A stretch of DNA of 62,754 nt, the filler included, from Chrysochromulina tobinii (lineage: Eukaryota), in assembly GCA_001275005.1 (NCBI GenBank). It is 6 parts of 6 records of this genome, joined end to end, with 100 filler letters (N's around TTAATTAATTAA, not from the genome) between each part and the next. Parts side by side here need not be neighbours in the genome. Positions count along the whole stretch, not along the records: positions 1 to 8,071 come from JWZX01001182.1; positions 8,172 to 19,160 come from JWZX01001183.1; 4 more parts are not named here. The stretch is one strand, 5' to 3'. Positions 1-8,515 of this stretch are shown here, in pieces (position 1 is the stretch's first letter; every line of letters begins with the position of its first letter). Under the pieces are notes generated by a model. The model made no database searches. It had not been told where the DNA came from and saw only the letters and a program-made list of their open reading frames with translations. The position numbers and the translations under genes were made by a program.

Positions 1-120
1 GCCGTCGTGCCAAAGCCGCTCGGCATGGCCGCAGGACGACAGCACGGGCTGAACGGCAAAGTACATGTACTTCCCCATGGGAAAAGTTTCCGAAAAACCC
101 TGAATCCCTCAGGGCGCCTT

Positions 121-149
121 TAAGGGGGTAGGTCTGACCTACCCCCTTA
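121..149. repeat. Perfect inverted repeat (14-bp stem, 1-nt loop)
   Basis: taagggggtaggtc-t-gacctaccccctta; followed by a (cagtt)5 microsatellite at ~182-206. Confidence 0.9.
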
Positions 150-420
150 CCCGTCTCTGTGGGGTCTTCATAATGAATACACAGTTCAGTTCAGTTCAGT
201 TCAGTTGTTTGTGGTTGTTCAATAAAGCACTATTCGGATACACTCTCCTTTGCCGGTCCATTTTCGATGTTTTATCGACCAGCCATGCCTGGCTAACTGT
301 TTTTGCCAATTGGTGTTTGCAACATGATGATGAAAACCTCCTTAGCTAGTAGAATCTGTTTGAAATTCTCTGAAACAAACAAACAAACCAGCAAGCAATA
401 CCACTGAAGGTCGCTGCTAC

Positions 421-1512
421 CTACGAAAAACTGTCCTCTGTGCGATCGCGATGCAGATATCGACTCTGCGGCCACCTCACACCGCCACCGGTGCTGTCCG
501 CGCTGCTCGCACTTCGGGCGACCACGGCTGCCGCGAGCTTCGCGGAGGAGAGGACGCCGGCGCCGAGCTTAGCTGCGTGCTCCTCAAGGTCCAGCGCCTG
601 AGCTGCCGGAGCCGCCACAGGCGCACCGGCGCGACTGTAAGTGGAGCTCGTGTGGCTCCGCAGGCTGTCGCCGCTGGTTCCGCAGGCCTCGCCGCCCGTC
701 GGTGCGGCCGCCTCCTCGGCTCTCGTTGCTGCGTGCTGCTGAGTCGCTCGATGGGCCTTTGGCGCCAACGCACCCACCGCTGGTACATCGGAGATCATAT
801 CGGAGATCGACGGCTGATCGCGCAGCGCCGAAGCGAGGTTGGCGGGCGGCGCCGACGGCGGCAGTGGCGCGATGCCTGCGGCGCGCAGCTGCGCGCGTAA
901 ACGGCCGAGCTCTTGATAGAGCATACTGCGCTCCGCCTCCCATTCGGAAGTGCGGCTCTGCAGGTGCTGCTTTCCCTCTCGCCACAAGTGCTCCATGCCG
1001 TCGCGCTCCTCTTGCGCCTTTGCCACCTGGGCCAGCATCTCCGCCTTCTCGGTCGCAGTGCGCGCGAGGAGCAGCCGTCGGCTCGCCCGTTCGCTCGCCA
1101 GCGCCTCCTCGAGATTCTGCGCGCGTGCGACCAGCTTAGCCCACGCCGCGTTATCGTCGGCGGGCGGCCCGGGCTCCCTGGAAGAGTGGTGGGTGCGGGC
1201 TCCCATTCGAGGATCAAAGGAGGCGCGTCGATTGAGTGCACCGCGCTGGTCGGGCGCAGAGCGCTGCGCGCCACCGCCCGCACTGGACTGGCCGCCAGCG
1301 GCGAAGCTCACTCGGCGATGCAGCGTATGGGCATCTGGCTGCTGGCCGCCGGGCGTCGCCGCAGCACCGGTTCGAGAGGATGAATTGTGGTGGCGGTGAC
1401 TGCTTCCGCTCGCCGGCCGTGATCCGTGCCCACCACTGCGGTGGTGATGCGGCCGGCGCTTTTGTCGGTGGCCACCGCCAGAGGCTGTGATTCCCGTGGA
1501 CGGCTCCGACAT
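421..1512 (-). CDS. Hypothetical coiled-coil protein (363 aa)
   Basis: ATG-initiated ORF with a central coiled-coil stretch (LVARAQNLEEALASER...LYQELGRLRAQL); no family recognised. Confidence 0.6.
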   Translation of the reverse strand: MSEPSTGITASGGGHRQKRRPHHHRSGGHGSRPASGSSHRHHNSSSRTGAAATPGGQQPDAHTLHRRVSFAAGGQSSAGGGAQRSAPDQRGALNRRASFDPRMGARTHHSSREPGPPADDNAAWAKLVARAQNLEEALASERASRRLLLARTATEKAEMLAQVAKAQEERDGMEHLWREGKQHLQSRTSEWEAERSMLYQELGRLRAQLRAAGIAPLPPSAPPANLASALRDQPSISDMISDVPAVGALAPKAHRATQQHAATRAEEAAAPTGGEACGTSGDSLRSHTSSTYSRAGAPVAAPAAQALDLEEHAAKLGAGVLSSAKLAAAVVARSASSADSTGGGVRWPQSRYLHRDRTEDSFS

Positions 1513-1728
1513 AGTCTAGTATAATTGGCCGTTCGCCCAACGTGTGAAGTGGCTGTGAATAATCTCCATACGCCTCCATAGCACACGAGAAGACCAACAC
1601 CTCACACCGGTTGTCGCGTGTGTCGTGTGAACGTTCACGCATTACGCATGTAACGAAGACCCATGAAAACTAGGGGACATCTAGGCGTCCTGTGGTCCGA
1701 ACAGGCGAAGCGAACGCCCTGAGAGACG

Positions 1729-3042
1729 ATGCTGTCGCCCACCATGCTTCGGCATGTTGTCCTGCGCATGCTCGCCTTGAGCCCACGATCGGCACCATTC
1801 ATGTCCGAGACCCCCCCACCGCCTGAGGAAAACCAACTACCTGCTCTGCCTGCCAGCACCGACGCACTCAAGTCCGAGACCCACCGGCTGGAGGTGGACG
1901 GTGCAGCTGCCACGCTGGATGAGCTGGGCCCCGTCGTGGTGACGGAGGCTGGTCAACTGCGCTACATTTCTAACTGGGCAGGGATGACAAAAGATGAGCA
2001 GGAGGCGACGCAGAGGATAATCGCGAAGCGAAATGCCCAGCGCCTCGCCAGACTTAGAGGCGGCGGCGCCGTGCAGACAACCTCCGTGGGCACTCACGTG
2101 TACGGCGGCTTCGAGTGCAGCTTCAGGCGCAAACCGGCGGCACCTGGCTACGAGGGTCGCCCACCTCTGATGCTCATCCACCCGCTCGGCATCGGGCTCG
2201 CGTCCTGGTTCTGGGACAATTATGTGGACGAGTGGACAGGCGCAGAACTCTTCGTGCCCGACCTGATAGGCTGCGGCGCTTCCGAGGTTTGGGATCCAGC
2301 GTCGCGTGGGTTGCACGTGCCCCTCGACTGGGAGCGCCAGATCCAGAGCCTGTGGCGTGAGCATGTGCGTCGACCGATGGTAGTCGTCAGCCAAGGGGGT
2401 ATCGCGCCTCTCGCAGTCACGCTCGCGAGCCGCCAGACGGACCTGTGGCAGGGCAAGCGCGCGGTGCGTGCTGTCGTGCTGATCTCGCCGCCCGAGCTCT
2501 CCGCGCTCGCGGACGGCCTCGGCGAGGCGGAGGTGACGCGCAACTTCCAGCTGCTCAGCATCACGCTCGGCAGGCCCTTTCTGTACCGGGCACTCAGTAG
2601 TCGCTTCTTCATCGACTTCTTCTCGCGCCAATTCCTCTTTGCCCCCGCAGAGGGCGCGAGCAAGGATGAGAGCAAGGAGCAGCTCTTCACGCGCTTCATC
2701 GACGCGTGCTGCGAGGAGACCGGTGCGTCGAAGCGCTGGCCCGTGCTCGCCTTTAACGCTGGGCTGGTCGGAGTTCGCGGATTGCGCGAGGAGCTGAGCT
2801 TGTTGGCGCAGCCGTCGCTCGTGCTGTGTGGGAACAATGGCAAGCCGCTCACCGACGGTGGGGCTGGCTATGAGTTGCTGCTGCCGCGCTGCCGCGTGCT
2901 CCGGCTGCCCGAGGCACGCAACGTACTCCCCTGGGAGGCTGCGCCCGCAACGTGTGCAGCCATTGCGGCCTTTTGCGAAGGCGGGGGCTCGTTTCGCGGT
3001 ATTAGGTGGCCACCCGACGGCAGCGATCCTTCTCGTTCATAA
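1729..3042 (+). CDS. Alpha/beta-hydrolase fold protein with a small extra N-terminal domain
   Basis: Motifs LMLIHPLGIG, FVPDLIGCGAS, AVVLISPP, LAQPSLVLCG, NVLPWEAAP; N-terminal module LDELGPVVVTEAGQLRYISNWAGMT. Confidence 0.8.
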   Translation: MLSPTMLRHVVLRMLALSPRSAPFMSETPPPPEENQLPALPASTDALKSETHRLEVDGAAATLDELGPVVVTEAGQLRYISNWAGMTKDEQEATQRIIAKRNAQRLARLRGGGAVQTTSVGTHVYGGFECSFRRKPAAPGYEGRPPLMLIHPLGIGLASWFWDNYVDEWTGAELFVPDLIGCGASEVWDPASRGLHVPLDWERQIQSLWREHVRRPMVVVSQGGIAPLAVTLASRQTDLWQGKRAVRAVVLISPPELSALADGLGEAEVTRNFQLLSITLGRPFLYRALSSRFFIDFFSRQFLFAPAEGASKDESKEQLFTRFIDACCEETGASKRWPVLAFNAGLVGVRGLREELSLLAQPSLVLCGNNGKPLTDGGAGYELLLPRCRVLRLPEARNVLPWEAAPATCAAIAAFCEGGGSFRGIRWPPDGSDPSRS

Positions 3043-3320
3043 TATCCCATGTGCGTTAGAGAGAGAATGAGACACGTACTGCCTGGGGGTGGGCGCCGCG
3101 CGGCGGTGCGCGCACACTCTCCGTGACACGACAACATGGCGATGGCCACGCTGAGACAGCCAGACAATCACACACAAGCACGAGAGCTACTGGTGCGGGC
3201 GCGGGGGGCGCAGCATCACTCGGCCACGCAGTCGGCGCCGTTGCGCACACGCGCTGGGTCAGTTGCCCGAACTCGCGAAGCTCAAATTAGGCATGCATAG
3301 TTTGTTGGGTGCGCGTCTCA

Positions 3321-3631
3321 TCACTGTGCATCGAGCTTCTCTTTCAACTTGGCGACCTCGGCCTCGAGCAGGGCAACGCGCTGCTGCAGCACAGTCTGCG
3401 AGTGGGTCGTCTCCTCGCCGAGCTTCTCGAGGTGGCCGCTTACTGACGCCGTCGACTCCCACAGCGATTGGTGCACCTTATAATAGCCGATGCTGAGGGC
3501 AGTGGTCGAGCCTAGGAGGAAAGCGCGCACGTGGTCGCGGATCTGCGAACACGCATGAGAAGCGACGTGCACGCGTGAAGAGATGAAGCAGACATCAGGC
3601 AAGAAATCACGCGGCGTCGCACCGCAGCCAT
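3321..3631 (-). CDS. Small single-TM/coiled-coil protein, 2 exons (3631-3623, 3542-3321; intron 3543-3622)
   Basis: ATG GCT GCG|GTGCG...TTCGCAG|ATC splices in frame to give MAAIRDHVRAFLLGSTTALSIGYYKVH...LEAEVAKLKEKLDAQ. Confidence 0.6.
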
Positions 3632-3802
3632 GGAAAACGCCGTAGCGAGCGTCACCTTCAAAGCGCGTCTCTGCCAAGTCTCTGCCACGCCGCCCTATGC
3701 ATGTGAACGGCGTCGAGTCGGTTGCGTCGCCGATCGCCGCCCTTCACCTCGTGGAGCGAGACTCGCGAAAAGCACAAGCAAGGGACGGGAAAAGAAAGGG
3801 TC

Positions 3803-4720
3803 ATGGTGCGCCTGGTTCCGCTCCCGCTGCTGCTGTTTTCGCCGACGAGTTCGTATCTTGCACCGGTGCGCTCGCGACCTTCCTCCGTGGTGCTCTCTGT
3901 GGTGGCCGACATTGCCGCTGACACTGCCGGCGTAGCCGCCATGGACGAGACTGCTTTGGAGTTGGACCTAGTGAGGCCAGTGCGAGGTTCTGATGGCCGC
4001 TTGCAACCGGTGCTGACCTTGCCGGGCGATACGCTGGAGACCACCAAGCTCATGATGTGGGTAACGGTGCTGAGCACCAGTCTTGCGACGGGCGTGGTCG
4101 CTCGGGCATTCGCCATCAACCTGGCCGGCGGCATGTTACCGATCTGGCCTCTGCTTGGCGTGGCGGCGGGATGGACGGTTGGCGAGCTGTTCAGCGGCGC
4201 CTTCCATTGGGCGACCGATAACTACGGCAGGCTGCAGACGCCCGTCGTCGGTTTTGCGTGCGCAGCCTTCCAGGGGCATCATCTGGCCCCATGGACGATC
4301 TCCCACCGCTCCGTGTACAACAACGTGTACAAGATTGGTGCTGCTACCATCCCTCTCATCCTGAGCGCGCTTTGGCTGCTGCCGCCTACGGGCGCGGCCT
4401 TCGTCGCGACTATGTTCTACAGCCAGCTCCTCGCGCAGGAGTTCCATAGGTGGACGCACACGCCGCCGCCACTGCTGGCGCCGTGGCAACGGCAGCTCCA
4501 GCAGGTCGGCATCGCTCTACCGCTCAAGGAGCACATCGCGCACCACAAGCCGCCCTTCGACAAGCACTACTGCATCCTGACGGGCGGGCTGAACGCCGTG
4601 CTCGACTCGCGGCCAGTGCTCTTCTGGAGGAGACTCGAGGCCCTCGTGTACCGTGCCAACGGGCAGGAGCCAAACTCCTGGAAGGACCCCCGTGTCAAGG
4701 AGCTCGCTCTGAGCTTGTAA
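3803..4720 (+). CDS. FAD4: FAD4/TMEM189(Kua)-family lipid desaturase, probably plastid-targeted
   Basis: His motifs SGAFHWATDNYG, FQGHH, QEFHRWTH, EHIAHHKPPFDKHYCI; signal peptide plus Ser-rich transit-like leader from ATG 3803. Confidence 0.85.
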   Translation: MVRLVPLPLLLFSPTSSYLAPVRSRPSSVVLSVVADIAADTAGVAAMDETALELDLVRPVRGSDGRLQPVLTLPGDTLETTKLMMWVTVLSTSLATGVVARAFAINLAGGMLPIWPLLGVAAGWTVGELFSGAFHWATDNYGRLQTPVVGFACAAFQGHHLAPWTISHRSVYNNVYKIGAATIPLILSALWLLPPTGAAFVATMFYSQLLAQEFHRWTHTPPPLLAPWQRQLQQVGIALPLKEHIAHHKPPFDKHYCILTGGLNAVLDSRPVLFWRRLEALVYRANGQEPNSWKDPRVKELALSL

Positions 4721-5015
4721 GTTCTTGACAGCTTCTTGAGCACTTGAGGTGTGGAGGAGGGCGCAGGAGAGAGAAAGAGTGTGCTCCAAATCTCAAACAG
4801 ATTTTTTTCTAGTACTGACAAAGTATCGCTCGGGCGCGCGTCAGCCAGTAGCTTGTTCCACTTCCAACGTTTTTTGTACGAGTTACAAATCTCTCGTCTC
4901 AGCCAGGCCATGGGCATGCACGCTCGCTCGTCCAGCGGCTCATGTCGCGCGCCATTGCGGCACACGCGTCGCGCCAGTTGGTCCTGTACAGTATCGAGCG
5001 GCCAAGCAGCCAGAG

Positions 5016-6714
5016 TCACGCGGCCGTCCTCGTCGACACCGATGAGACTCTCACCGCTGCGGCCGTCAGCGGTGCCGTCAGTGGTGCCTCGGGCGGAGTC
5101 GCGAGCAACACCGCCGACCTCGGCGACGCCGGAGGCCTGGCCATGAGGGTCGAGCCCTCTTGCAGCACAAGGAGGAGTTCACGTAGCTTGACGAGCCACT
5201 TGGGCGCCATGTTGGGCGCCACGCCAGGCACCACCTGCCCGCGGTACGCGCCCTCCTTCCATCCGTTGAGCGGCGCCATTTCCTCTCGCAGCCGCCGGTA
5301 GAAGCGGTGGAAGACGAACGTGTCGCCACTCACACGCTTGACACAGATGGCATGCCGCTGCGCCGTGCCAACAGCCACCCAAGCCTCGACGACGATGGGC
5401 GCGCCGATGGGCGCGCCGATGGGCGCCGGCGCCGGCGCGAGCGTCGCACTGTTGGACGTAGGGCTCGTCGACAGCGACCCGGTATCCAAACGAATGGAGA
5501 GGGCCCAGAGATCTGGATTCGTGATCGCAGGGAGTCCGATCCGCCCAACCGCTGCCCGAAGCGCCTCGAAGAGCAGCGGCACTGGGTGGGAGAGGCCTTC
5601 CCACCCGAGATGGCGCAGGGCTGTGCGCCCCGCTGACGGCGCCCCGCAGCTCGGCAGCTGCGGGCACAGATCACGCCGTCGCGGCCACTCGGAGCGGGGG
5701 GAGTTGAGCACGGGGATAGCGACACCACCCTCGTCTCCCCCACTCTCGTACACACCCCATCCCTCTCCCCAACCCATACCCCAGCCGAGCTCGTCGCCGA
5801 AAGAGAGCTCACCCTGAAGCGTTGGCAGGCGCTGACGCTTGCTGCACCGCGCGGCACTGCAGCCAGCTGAAGCAGGCCCTTTGGCGGCCGGAGCCGAGCG
5901 GTCAAGCGCGGCAGCGGCGGCGTCACTGGCAGTGCAGCTGAGGACGCGCTTGGCCCTCGTTGCGCTCGTGGCGCCTGCGGCCTTCGGCGAGCTCGTTGAG
6001 AAAAGCGAGCTCATGGACCTCTCAACGCTCGCCCGCTGCTCCTGCTGCCAACGGCATGCTATCTCGCGGACATCGGAAAAGCCTAGCCTCGCCTCACTCG
6101 AGAGCGCGAGCATCCGACAGAGCAAGCGGATGGCGTGCCACGAGAAGTGGTGTGGGAAAGCCATCTCGTTCGTCTTCGCGTACGACGCAAAGTAAGGGCA
6201 ACGCGCCGACCTGCGAGGACGAGCGTTCCAAAAGGCAGAGGCATGGCGTCAATCGCAAGCTACGGAATCGGGCACTCCTGCTCAGAATCTGGAGGTGACG
6301 TGGTTGGGAAGGGAGACATGGGCTTGGAACGTACGCTTCGGCGAAGGGTGCGTACCCAGCGAGCATGCAGAAGAAGAACACGCCGAGTGACCAGACGGCA
6401 ACCTTTTCGGGTGTCGAATCGGTCTCTGGTGGGCAGTACGGCAGAGACTTCTTCGCTGCCCCGTCGTGATCGGTGCCGGCCTCGGAACTGCCATGATCGG
6501 TGCGTAGGAGCACCTTGCCCACAATACTCACCCGAGACAAGCAGCAGTCACGGTCTGTTGCTGCTGCTGCTGCTGCTTGCTCAACGGCATCCAGCAGTTC
6601 AAGGAGGTAGCGCACGCATGTTTGCTCAGGAAGAGCGCCGCATTCGGCAACCATATCGGATATGTTGTCTACGGCAGCGGCGGAAGCGGCGGCAGCGAAC
6701 TGGGGCCTCTGCAT
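5016..6714 (-). CDS. Degenerate CAMK/CHK1-like kinase (C-lobe) with KA1-like C-terminus, 2 exons (intron 6211-6334)
   Basis: LPYCPPE and VWSLGVFFFCMLAGYAPF; a GT-AG intron joins APFAEA|SARCPYF in frame; C-terminal VKRVSGDTFVFHRFY. No HRD, DFG or Gly-loop seen. Confidence 0.65.
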
Positions 6715-6798
6715 CCGCCTCGGACGCTACTGGGTCCGTTCCTGGCATTCCGAAACTGAGAAAGGAGTTGAAGATTCTGAGAAACTAACGAGGTTGTT

Positions 6799-7250
6799 GC
6801 TCAACACGGACTTAATAGTCACACCACATGCTCAACACGGACTTAGCAAGTCCGTGTTGAGCTAAGTCCGTGTTGAGCATATGGTTTTTTTTCTCAACAC
6901 GGACTTAGCAAGTGTGACTATGAATTCACAGTTGCTAAGTCCGTGTTGAGCATATGTGTTTTTTTTCTCAACACGGACTTAGCAAGTGTGACTATGAATT
7001 CACACTTGCTAAGTCCGTGTTCAGCATATGTTTTTCGGTGCTCAACACGGACTTCTTGGTGTGATTGACGATCAAGTCCGTGTTGAGCATATGTTTTTTT
7101 CGGTGCTGAACACGGACTTCATAATTGTGAATCACACCCAAAACGAAAAACATTTGCTTAACACGGACTTGTCAAGTCCGTGTTGAGCATTTTCACAGGA
7201 TGGATTTGTGAATTTGTGCTCAACACGGACTTGCTAAGTCCGTGTTGAGC
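6799..7250. repeat. Array of 15 copies of GCTCAACACGGACTT (8 forward, 7 reverse) forming serial hairpins; probable transposon subterminal region
   Basis: Forward copies at 6799, 6830, 6892, 6966, 7040, 7105, 7156, 7218; reverse at 6848, 6864, 6937, 7011, 7074, 7174, 7236; a few single mismatches. Confidence 0.92.
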
Positions 7251-7425
7251 ACATGTTTTCGTTTTTTTGGAATCTTTGGGATCTCAGGAGTCGTTGCGCG
7301 CGTGTCGCGCCACTACGTCGTTGTCGCGCTCCGCTTGCGCTCCTCTTTGAATCCTTCTCTGCTCCGCCCGCCGCTGGTTCGGCCGTGCGCTTGCGTACGA
7401 CCGTCGCGCGTGGGCGACAGTTGCC

Positions 7426-8071
7426 ATGAGTCTCTTCGATGACTATCTCAACGGCTCCGATGATGACATTCATCCTTGGGATTCAGATTCGGAATTTGAA
7501 GGTGAAGATGAACATGGCGAGGACTTTCATGAGCGTGGACGGCCGCGTTCCAGTCTGCATGCTGATGCTGCTCCTGCTGCTGCGGATGGGTGCGCTTCCT
7601 CTGCAGCGCAACGACCTGGTTCAGAACCACAGGAAGTCAGCCCTCATGCACATCGTGGTGCTGAGCGTCTTCCTCGACACCGGAGTCGCTCCAAAGATTC
7701 GCGCAGTCCTCGCGTGCGTGAGATCGAGTGGGTGAAGGATGGTGTGCAGGAGGACCTCATCAACCAGGATTTCGATTGCTCGCTTCATCATTCCGAAGTG
7801 CAGAGGGAGTGGTCCAGCTTCATTCAAAGTGCTGTGAATGCTTCCAAGGAGACGCAATCGGCCCCTGTGGTCTCTGCCGCATCCGAGATTCCTCAGCGCA
7901 CAAAACCGTCGTGGGACCGTGTCGTGGGTCACGTGCCTACGATGTCAGAGTGCCACGAGCTGAAATTCATGGCAGAATTTGCCACTGTCGAAGATGTTGG
8001 CGAGGCGATGCGTGCAACGGGTCAGCGTCAGTGCACCTGCACCCTTCTGTGGGGGGGCGACAAAGTCAAAC
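7426..8071 (+). CDS. Unknown protein, 3'-truncated by the contig end; possibly TE-encoded
   Basis: ATG ORF with acidic N-terminus and a CxC near the break; starts ~175 bp after the repeat array; less GC-rich than neighbouring genes. Confidence 0.5.
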
Positions 8072-8171
8072 NNNNNNNNNNNNNNNNNNNNNNNNNNNNN
8101 NNNNNNNNNNNNNNNTTAATTAATTAANNNNNNNNNNNNNNNNNNNNNNNNNNNNNNNNNNNNNNNNNNNN
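8072..8171. other. Artificial contig-joining spacer
   Basis: 44 N + TTAATTAATTAA (six-frame stop) + 44 N. Confidence 0.98.
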
Positions 8172-8515
8172 GCGTGTGCGTAACCCACAGAGGCTGCTGC
8201 CTCGCACCGATGCCGGCGCGGCTGCGGCGTGCGCCGCAGGAGCTGCGCCCGCCGCCGACCCGCCCGGCTGCGTGTGTGTGCTGTGTGTTTGAGGTCGCGT
8301 AAAAGTTTCTAGGGTGGAACGCGCGCGTTTAGCGGTTCACAGACCGTAATCCAGGCAACCTGGTTGTTCCACCGAAGGCGATTAAAGCGGGTCCCCAGCC
8401 CTCGCCCCCTGGGCCCATATTACGAGGTCATGAGTGATGAGAAGCGTACCATTAACTATACTGTCTAGAGCGTAATCTTTGACCCCTGTGGTGCCGCATG
8501 TTCTTGTGTGGGCGC

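Noticed and set aside
6799..7250. CRISPR array
   Set aside because: Repeats are 15 bp and occur in both orientations, spacers are irregular and partly duplicated, there are no cas genes, and the context is eukaryotic.
8072..8171. TTAATTAATTAA as a biological motif or TTAA target site of the Kolobok element
   Set aside because: The same 100-bp N-padded linker occurs five times; it is an assembly artefact, so links across it (e.g. array to transposase) cannot be inferred.
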